NCBI GenBank assembly: GCA_973895155.1
Contig: OZ316894.1
Span: 12,192,828 to 12,256,827 of the forward strand
From: Marsupella aquatica
Lineage: Eukaryota > Plantae > Marchantiophyta
Length of the DNA: 64,000 nucleotides
Direction of reading: 5' to 3'
Under the pieces are notes generated by a model, which was not told the origin of the DNA, made no database searches, and saw only the letters and a list, made by a program, of their open reading frames with translations. Below, piece after piece: positions 37,631 through 49,982 of the stretch (position 1 is its first letter; every line of letters starts with the position of its first letter). A program made the translations under genes and the position numbers.

Positions 37631-40600
37631 AAAGAAATATACACACTTTTTATATACAAAGGGACCAAACAGAGTACAAATGAACAAACAAAAGAGGGCC
37701 CAAGTGGACAAAACCAATCGAAAAAGAAATGAGCAAAAGGGAACCACTAAACACCAAGAAAGAGGAACTAAAAGTAAGAAATGAACAATAGGGAACCCCT
37801 AAAAACCAAGAAAGAGAGAGAGACTAAAACTAACCCAAGCGGACCGAGGTCCTCATCATTCCTACCGATTGTGGCAAAAAGCTAATGGTCCACATCAAGA
37901 GTCAAAACTAGATCGGCAAGTGGGATTGGAACATCCTCAAGGGGAGCTAGCCGCTGCGGAGGCACACTAGCACCCACTGTAAGAGATCGACGATAGATGG
38001 CCCGAGCTTGAGCACGCTGTAAGGTGACTGAAATGCGTTGGCGAAAGTGCGTGGTCAAAATAGAAAGCGGGGGTCCGGTGGGACCCATTCGGGCATGAAC
38101 ATCCCGGGCAGCTTGCCGAAGAAGCCCATCAAACTGAGGATGAAGACGCCCAAATAGCTCCACAGCAAGGGGGAGGAAGCTGTCGGATGAAGCTCGTGCA
38201 GCATATTTGGCCTCCTTCATTGTTGCCGCACGTGACGCTGCTGCCCCTGCCATAGTTGCCGCTGTCCCAATGATGTCTTGGCGCAATGGGTTTGCCACCA
38301 CAACATCTGCCAAAGTACGTTGACCCTCACGGACCATGGTAAGATCCACCCGTAACCGCTGTGATGGAGGACCAGGTAACTCGAGTACCACCTCCCGCCG
38401 CACGCATACCAAAGAGCCAGAGAGAACCTGAGCAGTCGCATCTCGCACAGCGTCGTGAACAATAATGGTTTCACCTCCCAAACTGCACCGAAGAAGATGG
38501 ACACCTGTGGCATCACAAGGCTTCCCACAAGTGCAAGAAGGAGGTAAACCTGCAAGAAGTGGGTGGGGCAGCCCCAGACGAAGACGCATGGCTGTGGAGA
38601 ACTCCGTTGAAGACATCCGCAAATGAGGAATGACTGGATTGGCCTGAAGCCATCCACCTGCGCCCTTCCCTCCAGAAGAAAGAATCCGAGCTCGGTCCGT
38701 GTCAGGTGCCTTGGAGAGGATGCTGGAAAGGGTGAATGTGTGCATACGCCCAGCGAGGTCTGCCTGAAGACGAACGGGATCCAAGGATAAAAACTCCTGA
38801 AAAGAAGGTAACGAGGCATGAACGGGATCTGGTAATGAGGACCGCGCTGCGCGCAAATGAACCTGAAACGGGAGGGAACCCTCCTCTACCTCCATGAGAG
38901 ATGAAAGTAAAAAAGGGCGATCCTCAATAAGAAAACGATCGGCCAACAACGAGAAGGCGGCCGCCCATGCACCCAAAAAGGCCAAAGGTGCAAGGCTCTC
39001 AATGGAATTAAGCCCAAAACCACCCTGCGAGATAGGAAGACTGAGTTGTCGATGAAGCCACGAAGATGAGAGCAACGTACCCGGACCTAAAAGAGAGGCC
39101 AGGGTCTGACGAATGGAGACATCAAATGCTCGAAGGTGGAGACAAAGATCCTCGGTAGGGGGATGCGTCCTAGCCAGATAAGACGCATGAGGGTGGATGC
39201 ACCTCAACAACATCCCAAATGTTGCCTGAGAATCTGCTAACTTAGGGAGCATAGGAGTATGGGCTAAGGCAGCCTGTATAGAGTCAGCGATGAAAGATGA
39301 GCAAAAGGAGGCGGTACCGACTGGGGAGCCAAGGACCCGAAGACCATCGGCTGGACGTAAGAACCCTGGGGGAAGCACAAGATCAGAGGGTAACCCAGCT
39401 GGACTCCATGCACGACTCTTCACAGGCTGAACTCGTAAACTGAGGCCCATCAAATGGGTGGAAAGAGTGGCGAGGGCAGAAGTAACCGCGGCAGGAGGAC
39501 CAATGATGTGGGTGTCATCTGAAAGGGAGGGGAAGATACACTGGGGGTGGGCCATGGCAGCTTCCCGTAAAGCTGTAAAATGGGCAATGGCAAAAAGAGG
39601 CCCACCCAAAGGGTCACCCTGACGTGTACCTTCTGCAGAGGAAAGAGTGGTATACACACCTGTAGAGGAGTGATGACTATAGAAGAGTGGGGCCTCGAGT
39701 CCATAAAAACAACGGACAAAGGGGATCAGGGACTGGATGTCTGGATCCGCCGCCCTCAAAGCACGAAAAATGGCTGCCCGAGAAACCGTATTAAAAGCGT
39801 TAGAGACATCAACCTGGAGGACAACCCAATCAGGGTGGAGGTCCAATGTAGCTCGAATACCCGCAATAACCGTCTCACAACCGCCAGGAACGCCAACTGC
39901 AAACTGATGTGGAGAGAGATGATCCGATAGTGCAGAGCGAAACTGTGAGGAAAGTGTGCGAGACACAAGACAAAGAAAAACCTCCCCAATAGCAATTGGC
40001 CGAACACCCGGTGAAGACTTAGCCATGGCCAATAAACGAGAAGCACTCAAGAGCCGAGAGACGGGAGGAGGCAAACGACCGGCTGCAATACACTGGCAAA
40101 AGGAGAAGAAAACTGGAAAACCAAACTGAGGATCCTCAAGGGGGAATAAATCACGAAAATGCTCAAAGACATAGCCGGAGGGGCCACCAGCAGAACAACG
40201 TGGGGCATGGAGGAAGGCATAGGTGAAGTGGTCCCTACTAAACTGAAGATCCTCATCAGGCTCAAAATCCTCGACAAACAAAGGGAGCTGATCATGGGGC
40301 TGCGGATGGAGATCCTGAAGGGCCAATGAGGTGACCTCGCCAGGGGGGGCTGGTGTGGTGGGAGAAAGGGCCTGGACAGCCCGACGATATTCACCAGCCT
40401 GGGCTAAACGACAAGAGCGACGAAGACGTCTATGCTCAGGGGGATGAGAGTGGCGAGCTGGGTCAGACAAAGCACGGGCGGTAAAAGACCGGGCGCGAAG
40501 AAAGTACTCTTCCTGAAGCTGCTCCCAATCTCCCCGCAAAAAACGATGGATACGAGAGGCAGTCTCACGGTGACCCACACGACCACCATGACTAGGGAGG

Positions 40601-41560
40601 GTAAGAGTCCACTATGGAAAAAGCATCAGTAAAGACCAATAGGAGACCTCCATAGGATGCGCCAAGATAAGCTGCATGAGTTGCAACAAGGAGGACCGAA
40701 CTATAGGGCGCAGCGCCAGAGGAATGTGGTTATAAAGGCGAGGTCTAATGTACCCTGGATGGTAGGCTGGAAGGGGGTCTAGAGTGCGAACCCAACTCCA
40801 TGCCTGCTCGGGAGCCTCCAAGGAGGGAGGGGCAGAGCTAACCGGGTCAATAGGGGGCTGAGGCTGGGATTGTGCTTGTTGGCGACGATGGCACCGGCCC
40901 CGCCTGCGATGATGAGGGAGGGAGATGCCAACCCATCCACAGTCAGGACAAGTATGCAGGGGACGCTCGTCCGGGGAGGGAGCAGGGAAAGACTGGACAG
41001 GAGGTGGGGGTGGAACAGATGTGGACGAGGAGGCCGGAGGAGGATGATGAATGGGTGGAGGGGGAATGGGGTGGGGAGAGGAGCCAGGGCGACGATGGGG
41101 TGGGCAGTAGACGGGGGGGACTGGCAGAGCATCGGGCATGGGATCATCACGAAGATCCAGTGAAGAAGAGCAAACACGAAGACGGCCACGAGGGGGAGGG
41201 GAGGACGGGGGAGAAGTGTGGGGTGGGGCTGGGCGCTTGCCCCGCGCCAACACTCTCAACGTAGACATGACAGGCCGCAACCCGATAAAAGCAAAAACGC
41301 ATCAAGAAGCGACAAAAGGCCCAACCGAGGCATGTGAAAAGAAAGGGGAGGCGATGGAGAGAGCCCACCGCATCAGGTCGAGAAACGGCACCACCGCTAG
41401 CCTAGGAAACCATTGAGCAGGTGCAGGAACAGTAAGGAACAAAGCTGAAACGCCCGTCGATCTGTCCGTTGGGGAGTCGACGCGAGTGAAGATCCGCCCT
41501 CTAGATTGAGCGTGCGGCAACAGCTCCCGAAGGCAACAACCAATTGGAGGAGAAGCGATG
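37631..41560 (-). mobile_element. CRE-like non-LTR retrotransposon with restriction-like endonuclease (5' boundary uncertain, may extend to ~42616)
   Basis: Single long frame ZnF-RT-CCHC-RLE. The T-rich 3' UTR (37631-37881) is shared with copies at 55472 and 62336. Confidence 0.88.
37882..41268 (-). CDS. RLE retrotransposon protein (~1128 aa) with one in-frame TAG at 40612-40614
   Basis: ORFs 40612-41280 and 37882-40578 share a frame. N-terminal CPDC..HHRR..H Zn finger; RT GVRPIAIGE, DVSNAFN, GTRQGDPLG, LSDD, VLGSPVG; CTC..H...C knuckle; RVD..ADV..KEAKY and PLAVELFG endonuclease motifs. Confidence 0.9.
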
Positions 41561-41562
41561 GC

Positions 41563-42390
41563 CTAAAGCCGATGTGACTCGCTCATACGTTGCCCCAAAT
41601 CGAGTCGTGGAAACGCCAAGATCGCCAAACGCGCAGCCAATGTGAAAAAACGGCGAAACCTAAATCTGATGAAACTCGCTCAATTGGTGACCGTTTGAGG
41701 CGCAATTCATATCGATCTTCACCGTCTCGCCAAGATCTTTCCAAAGCCGTCAAGAACACCCAGATCCGAAACTCCTGGAGAAAGTTATGACCCAAATGGA
41801 GTCGCGAAATCGCCAAAATGGTCAAACGCGCAGAAAAAGTGAAAAAACGGCAAAACCTAAATCCGATGTAACTCGTTCATAGGGTGACCGTTTGGGGCGC
41901 AAGTCGTATCAATCTTCACCGCCTCGCCAAGATCTTTCCAAAACCGTCAAGAACTCCCAGATCCGAATCTCCTGGAGAAAGTTACGACCCAAATTGAGTC
42001 GCGAAATCGCCCAAATCGCCAAACGCGCAGAAAAAGTGAAAAAATGGCGAAACTTAAATCCGATGTAACTCGCTCATACGGTGACCGTTTGAGGCGCAAG
42101 TCGTATCGATCTTCACCGCCTCGCCAAGATCTTTCCAAAGCCGTCAAGAACTCCCAAATCCGAAACTCCCGGAGAAAGTTACGACCCAAATTGAGTCGCG
42201 AAATCGCCCAAATCGCCAAACGCGCAGAAAAAGTGAAAAATCGACGAAACTTAAATCCGACTTAATGCGCTCATACGGTGACCGTTTGGGGCGCAAGTCG
42301 TATCGATCTGCACCGCCTCGCCAAGATCTTTCCAAAGCCGTCAAGAACTCCCAAATCCGAAAATCGTGGAGAAAGTTACAACCCGAATTC
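41563..42390. repeat. Tandem array, ~198-bp units, ~4 copies plus a partial one
   Basis: GGTGACCGTTTG.GGCGCAA.TC.TATC.ATCT.CACCG.CTCGCCAAGATCTTTCCAAA recurs with a ~197-198 bp period (unit starts ~41667, 41864, 42062, 42259). Confidence 0.93.
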
Positions 42391-42928
42391 AGAGAGACAT
42401 CTCGTGCGCTTCGAAGTCTCTCCAACGAAAGCAGCCAAGACTTTGTTTTGGTATCACTTTTTGTTTTGACTAGCTTGAGATTGTCGTTCAGTTAATCTCT
42501 TCTCTCATAACGACAGCCTTTGTGTGAATCCATTCAGGAGCGAAATGTAATTATTTGAGGTATTCAGACCGGTGCAGGTGCCGTCCCTTTGCCGCATCGA
42601 CGACATTTCCAAACATTTCCAAATGTTTCCAATTTTTCCACAAAGTAACCAAAATCTCCTAAGGAAACACAAGAAGAAACTCGGAGTCCCCATCCAACCA
42701 TAAGAATACTTTTTGTGGGGCTTTCTACCACTAGTTTTTAAGTTACAACAATTTTCTCTCCTTTTCTTACAATGGGGAGAATTATTTTAATTAGAAAACA
42801 GTACCATTTGGTAATCAGAAAAAAACCCCCCAAACACTATCATACACATTTTCCCATTTTGAAGACTTTGATGATTTGGTTGATGGGACATTAGCTATTA
42901 ATCACACATTTTGCAGATTTGCTTGATG

Positions 42929-43063
42929 AGATCCCAAAATGAAAAGTGTTCCTTGATAGCTCCCTTGAGTGATCCAGACCATTGATTGAACTTGATAGAC
43001 CTCAAATCAATGTACCTAAAAGTTCAGGGGTCCTATCAAATGACACTTTTCATTTTGGGGTCT
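42929..43063. repeat. Short near-palindromic hairpin (MITE- or pre-miRNA-like)
   Basis: AGATCCCAAAATGAAAAGTGT..TTGATAG..CCCTTGA pairs with TTCAGGGG.CCTATCAAA.GACACTTTTCATTTTGGGGTCT; inner CATTGATT pairs with AATCAATG. Confidence 0.75.
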
Positions 43064-43807
43064 GAGACAACTACCTCCAAATTTTACATTGTGTTTGGTA
43101 CTCCCTGATTCATAGTTTTTCAGCTCACGAGGAAAAAGCAGGGAAAGGGAAAATTAAAGGAAGACTGTGAGTCGATGTCAACTGTGCAGAGCTGGTTTCA
43201 AAGCCTTCACAATCCCTATTAATATATTCAGGCTGCATCTTACTTCTTTGATCACTCCATAGCTATTTCATTGTATGTCATTTGAGTTTGGTCCTCTTTC
43301 TGGGCATATCTCCCTGTTGTTGTTGTGACAATAAATACCACGTCTAACTAGGACCCCATGTTAACCTTTGTTAGAGGTTTAAGTTTTAATTAATTTCCAA
43401 GAATCTTTCAAAGAATGCCCCCTGTCAATTTTTTCCTTTTTAAAGTACTAACAGCGAACTCAGACAAACCCTACAGAGATCTCATGCCCAAATCGAGCTG
43501 CAGAATGACCAACAGGTCAGCAACATAATTGATATATCATGCAACTCTAGCCCAGTGCAATGTGCGTTGGGTGGTTGTTGTTGTGGCAGTGTCATCATTG
43601 CTGCCATGTTGTTGTTGCTAAAGTCTTGTTGTTCTTTCAGTTAGGCTAGTAAGGGTTGTTGGTATAAACGCGTTGTTGCAGAAGACAGTGTTGTCATCAT
43701 AGAAAGTGTGTTGTTACCAAAAAAGAGTTTGTTGTTTCAAAACATAGGACAGTTATCATTGCACAACATGTGTGTTATTCAGTGGTGTAGAAGTGGACAT
43801 AAAAGTA

Positions 43808-43930
43808 GAGGGTAAAAAGCGGAAAGGGCACAAAAGGGGTTCAAATATTTTGGGCCGAGCACTTTGACCAAGAGGGTGAAAAAGGGAAGGGGGCACAAAA
43901 GGGGTTCAAATATTCTGGGCCTAGCACTTC
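43808..43930. repeat. Tandem duplication, ~63 bp x 2
   Basis: GAGGGT.AAAAG.GGAA.GGGCACAAAAGGGGTTCAAATATT.TGGGCC.AGCACTT occurs twice. Confidence 0.85.
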
Positions 43931-44434
43931 AATTGGCCTGATGAGAAAAAACTGCTGGGCAAGGAAAAGTTGAGTTTTTGTCCCTCTAGGCAGAAACTTT
44001 TTCTTGCCAGTTCTCTTGCCTAATATTCTTGCAAATTTCTTTATGGACCCCCATGAGAGGTCCCTGGAAAATTCCCTCCCACGAGGTTGCGCCACATCAG
44101 CACAATCAGCCACAAACAGGAAAGATCCTATTTTTGACAATAACAAAAGCATGCATTCATGTTTGTAGCAAAAATAATGTAATTTTTGGGGCGCCATGCC
44201 GTAAATATTCAGCTTTAAAAAACCAGAATACAAAGGAAGAGATGTCATTTAATAAAATAAAGTTACCATTCTAATATAATGTTTGTCAATGATATATTAA
44301 TGTTGTACATCAAAATGCTTGTATTTTATAATTGTTTGCAAGTTTAAAAAAACCAATCCATAAAAATGTCTCGAGAAATGTACATAATTAGAACCCCTTT
44401 GGCTCCACATTGTAAAACATTGTAAATAATCAAT

Positions 44435-44845
44435 CTCCTTAGTACTTGATAAAATCTGTCAATGTTAGATTCATTCAAAAACTCAAGATCAAAATTTAGA
44501 AACTGATGACCTTTTTAGTAATGTCTTGATAAAATCTCTTAATGTCACACTCATTGAAAAGCTAGAGTAAAATTAGAAACTCATCATCTCCTTAATACTT
44601 GACAAAATCTATCAATGTTAGGTTCATTCGAAAGCTAGAGAAATTTAGATACTCATGATCTCTCTAATTCTTGACTCCCAATGTCACACATTAGAAAGAT
44701 GGAGAGATTAAAAACCTCATGATCTTTATAATATTGTGACAAAATCTGACATGAAATTTGTCAATGTCGAACTCAATATTGGAAAACTAAAAGAATTCAT
44801 GAACTCATGATCAAAATTTCTTATTATCACACTCATTGAAAAGTC
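44435..44845. repeat. Degenerate AT-rich tandem array (~65-80 bp units)
   Basis: Recurrent CTTGA.AAAATCT..CAATGT.A.A.TCATT.AAAA.CT.GAG and AAACTCATGATCT blocks. Confidence 0.65.
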
Positions 44846-45122
44846 TCTTTTGCCAATAGCCGAATGTTGTCCTCCAGTCTGTCTTGTGGTGGTAATGTTC
44901 AACGTAACTCAAAAACAATCAATCAGGAATGGTAGAGATACTATTTCTCCAATGTATAAGCAAAAATCATCAAAAAATTCAATTCTTCCACATTCAACCT
45001 TACTTTTGATAAACCAGAGAGATCATTTTAATCAGATCCATCTACTCTATCTTTTGAGCATTCTCTTTTGTACCAACACATATCAAGACCACCGGGAGAC
45101 TCAAAATCATTGGTTATCACCT

Positions 45123-45788
45123 TGTTGAAAATTTAATTTCACTTCATCACACACACATTCCTTGGATGAACATGGGGGTCCACGGATTAAAATCTCTGGA
45201 TGCTCACACGTATTGACACTCTTCAGATTATTCTTTGTCAACATTATACATTCATGCAGGTGAAGAAGGCCTAACAAAGTGTACATGGAGTAAACAATGC
45301 AAATGAGAGAGGACAAACTGCAAACTCGTAAGAAGAGGGCAATTAAATGCAAACCTCACAATTGAAACCTTGAAAGAAGGTAAAACTTAACTGGAAAGAA
45401 GAGGGCAAATGCAAACCTCAAAAACCTAGAAAGAAGAAAATAAATAAGACCAAGAAAGTAAATAAGAGGTAAAGATCTACCTTCAAATTGTGTGATACAT
45501 TATGGTCAACCATCTAGAGTGCACAGACATGGATGGCCTCTATGAAGGCAAGCCTCTACTTAATAGCATGATTAGAGTAGAGTATCCAGGGCCTGCTAGG
45601 AATCTTGGGAGTATGAATCGGGTATGCACTGCTAGAGATTGTTCTCTAAAGGGCAAGCCTCAACTGAGTATCAGTGAGTATGCACTCCTAGAGCTTGAAG
45701 ATGGATCTCTAGACTTGACCATGGGATAACATAATCTGGAGTTTGTCCTTAAGAAACTTTTACTAAAGTAGTTTGTAGTCTGCCAACA
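45123..45788. mobile_element. Possible LTR remnant
   Basis: Bounded by TGTTG...CAACA with internal short repeats; no TSD, PBS or partner LTR was seen. Confidence 0.3.
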
Positions 45789-46129
45789 TTAGACATGACC
45801 GATGAGATACAAAAAGTCTTCCAAGTCTTCACGTCGTTGACGTTCACAACAGTAGAGCACTATGATCACAAATCATCCCACAAGGCCCACCGTTGTGTTG
45901 AGCCTGCCTGGGCAGGTAGAGGACCACTGAAGGTCAAGGGCTGCTAGATTCTATCCAAAATACCCACAGGACGCACGAAACAGGTCCTACCAGACCGGCC
46001 CTACGACTGAGGCATCTATCGTCTTTTATTTCGAGAGCTAATCGAGCACTCACTTATTAGTGTCATGTATGGTCCTACCGACCGGCTGCTCTATTGGCTT
46101 GAATCTCAAATCCCTACTTTGCGATCCCT

Positions 46130-49100
46130 TACACCTGCTTAATGAAGTGTTCCAAGCGTAGACTGCGAATATAGTCACCAGAGTTGGATTTTCTCTGGTG
46201 CACCTGGGCCTCTTCCACTTGGGATGCCCTGCTATTAACTGCTTCAATGGCTGAAATTCAATGAAATCTTTCAAGGCAACTATATAGAACTGGCACCGGC
46301 TAGTGAGTAAGGGGCGAGGATTGTGCAAAACCGATAGATAAGTATAGCCCTCTTGAAAGGTGCACGGCAAGGTGTGGCATGGAATTCGGGATTCCATTTC
46401 GAACTGAGTGGAAGTTGTACTTTCTCGTGTTGCCTACATTGTAATCTTGGACTGGAGCAAAAGGTTGGGAGCTGTTGACGACTCTCCCGGCTGTAGCTTG
46501 AGGGCAGGTACATTTAGCTTCCGTAAAGTTCCCAGCTTCTACACCAGTGATTAGGTATCAGTCAGTTCGATCAAAATAGGATAAGGATATGGTGACCGTG
46601 ATGGAAATACGAAAGCTGCCTTCCATCCACAAACGGTCGGGGCTCACTGGTGATAAGTACGCACATGTGTCAATGTCACAAGTGTGACACATAATGGTTT
46701 ACTGTGAGGAATGATCCAAAGAGATCGAGGTCGCGAGGAGATACCTTTTTCTTACTTGCACGTACTGCTTCCTTGAATCGGAATGTAAGTTCCAAAAAGA
46801 ATGTGCATGAGCATCAGCTCGTCGGTTTAAGCTTCCCTAGGTGCAGCTTTAATGGGAAGGCCGCCATGCATCAATCATTGGCGCCGGTGCGTCCCTAGGC
46901 TCTACAGGCCTCCTAGTATCTGAGAGTTGATGAAAATCAGCCGACCACCGCACTCACTCGACGAGACTTATGACTTTGAAACTGCTGGAGTTAATGTTCG
47001 CATTCTGGAAATCAAACAATTCCGGGAATTGCGCATGGCCATTTTGAAGCTTCTCTCCATATTGCATTACCTAGAAGACCTCATGGATATTAAAATCTGG
47101 CGACATCTACGATGCTTGTCATCATTTAGGCTTGTTTGTGCTCCCTCAGGCTTGCATGCAAGCTGGCCACGACTCAGGTCATAAATTGTAAGCCTGTAGA
47201 TTTGCCAGCACTCCCGCTCTTAAACGCGCGGGGTACGTTGCTACTTCCTCCTATGAGGTACTCATCATCCGTCTGTGATCCTTGTTTTGATTCCACTTAA
47301 TACCACAAGCCCCCGATTGAACGTTCTCCAGTGAGCCGGGAAGATAGTTTTGTTGAGACAGGCAGGCATTGACAATGGACGGCTGGGTACATTCGAGTAA
47401 GTCGTAGCTAACTCGTAGCTGTGGGCGGGCCGGCGGGCCTTCCTGGTTGGCAATTGCCAGGAATGGAGTGGAATTTCTCGAGTTTCCAAACCGTCCGATA
47501 TAAGATCCCTTGGAATAATATCCGGAGCTGACTGATCGTCAAAGTACCTGTGTCGATCAGTGCGGCAAATTGCATCATGGCCACATCTTCTGTGAACATG
47601 ATTGAGGAGATTCCTTTCGAAGTCCAACTGTAGTTTCTGGCAGGGACACAATTTATTAGATCGGAGACCCAGCCTATGTTATCGTAATTGTGGTCGTGTG
47701 TACATGGCGACCACACCGTCTTGGCACTCATTTCAACTTTTGAATTGATCGATCTAAGTAGTTCCATTGAACGATATCACTGAGCCCCCGTCGACTCGCA
47801 TGCGGGTTCACCCACCTAGCCTCCGTCGCCTCTGGTCCAGCGTAACGACAATTGCAGCAGTCGCACAGAATAACCAACCGAGAACGTTGCTTCTCGAGTA
47901 CGTTGTTTCGATTCAATCTGAAGGGTTCCGAGCGGGGTTCCGAGGCACACGCGGGAGCTAAAGAGAGAATCTACGCAAACTTTACGGTAGAAGCATTTGA
48001 CTTTTCAACATGCAATGCCTCAGACAATTCTCTCTACAGTACGTCAGGCAGAGCGGAGCCGAGAGGAGCTCACATAAAGTTCATCTTTAATTTGGTACCA
48101 TATATGCCGTGAAGTACACACTAACAGTACCCTAACAATCCTTACATCTCCAGAATTCCTGATATCCAGCCATGCGTCTATGAATGTTGTCGCGGGAAAA
48201 GCTCTTCGAGTCTTGCTCAACGAAATTCCCAAGGATCTGTTTCTCGAAGGCCAAACGTCAGTCGATAGTCGACGACGACGCTTGTCACTTCTCCAAATGG
48301 CAGGTACAGGACACGAGTCCGATTAATGTTCGAATCAGCTAAGCAAATAAAGTAACTCACAGACTGTCAACTCCAGTATGACAGCCGCAATATCAGACCC
48401 TGACACTCGGGAAGAATACTGAGTATCCCAATCCGGACTAAAAAAGTCAATTGGACGACACGAACCCGAATTAAACGTACATTTCATGCGGCATGCCGTC
48501 TATGACAGAAACAGTTACTCCAAGAATCGTGTACACTGCGCCGAAGAAGCAGCTGGCAGCTGGCAGCTGGCAAAGTGCAATGTGCGGTGCTCAGTTACAC
48601 CTTCGCCGGGCAATTACATCCTAGCTTCCTTCGTAACGAAGTCCATGGCCATTGATTCGATGTATCATGCACGCACTCACGGCCACACATCCAAGCTAGG
48701 ACGCCTCCAGAAGTTAAGAGGTGACATCAATTAATCGGAGCTTGGGCCTTGGGGTCTCGAGAGGGGCCGTGTCATTGCGCGGGAGCCTTCCGGTACAGTA
48801 TTTGTAGAATACCCAGCAGTTAGCCAGCTCTCGCTATTCTCATTGTCCGGACAAACCCGCCATTGTAGTCGTTTTTCAATTGTAGCGTCATAATATATAC
48901 TGAAGCGAGACACTTGGCGACGACGATGTCGTCCAAATTTTCGCAGTCATGGACTGAATTTGACAGTTTATCGTACACACAAATAATAAATTTATTTGTC
49001 CAGTCAGCCAATAAGTTCAAAACCGGATTGATTGCCTCTAAATTAGCCACAATCGCAGGTTACAGAGCTTGCTGGTCGACTGGATGCGATATCTCTGGAT

Positions 49101-49300
49101 ATACTGTAGGTGCTAAGACTAGACTGGTCAAACCTCTACATGCCACAGTGAGCTACAGCTTCGACTGCTGAAATCTTTAGTGAGGCACACTATCTGGACG
49201 GTGAGGAAATTTCAACCTCGGATGGTTGACTACTTGCGTATGCGTTAATCACCCTAATTGCTGGCTTTGGCTGAAGGTCACTTCTACTGTAGCTGTCCAT
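46130..49300 (-). pseudogene. ~3.2-kb decayed, apparently intron-poor coding region of unknown family
   Basis: Chain of minus-strand ORF pieces (49190, 48820, 48044, 47408 and a long low-stop frame down to ~46130), ATG at 49300, upstream TATA-like element at ~49495, and higher GC/CpG than the flanks. Confidence 0.4.
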
Positions 49301-49668
49301 TGCTGTAGCTGGGGGCCCATGTTGACCTCGAAAGATAGTTTTTACTAAACAATGAGAAACACGGAGCCGGCGGCATGCAGAAGCGAAAGATGTTTTTTCG
49401 CTAAACAATGAAAAACACAGAGCGGCACCAGGCAAAGGCTCCCCACTCTTGGTCACCGTGTCATCGGGCTTGACTTTGCAGATTGCCCCCGAAGCTATAT
49501 AAAGCTCAACCCTACAGTTCTGAAGGTTTGATGCTCAATGTGAGTCCGAACAGCGTAAGAGACAATCGACGACGAATCGAATTTCTCCACTAGATAGAAA
49601 GATTAGCACTCATTGAAGACAGTGATCACCTCATCGAAGCGTGATTGCGACGACCACGCGCAAACTGT

Positions 49669-49982
49669 AATTGCTTGGATGGAAAAGAAAGCGTGGATAA
49701 CAAAGAGTGTGTCTGAAAAGAGGAACCAGCTCTGTGAGCTGCAGTCGTGAGGCATTTAGCTCAAAAGCTCAATTGCTTGGATGGAAAAGAAAGCGTGGAT
49801 AACAAAGAGTGTGTCTGAAAAGAGGAACCAGCTCTGTGAGCTGCAGTCGTGAGGCAATTAGGTCAAAAGCTCAATTGCTTGGATGGAAAAGAAAGCGTGG
49901 ATAAGAAAGAGAGAGTGTGCCTGAAAAGAGGAACCAGCTCCGTGAGCTGCAGTCGTGAGGCATTTAGCTCAAAAGCTCAATT
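49669..49982. repeat. Tandem repeat, 3 x ~102 bp
   Basis: AATTGCTTGGATGGAAAAGAAAGCGTGGATAA...GCAGTCGTGAGGCA.TTAG.TCAAAAGCTC at 49669, 49771, 49873. Confidence 0.95.

Noticed and set aside
41583-42495. Several similar ORFs on both strands
   Set aside because: By-products of the 198-bp tandem array.
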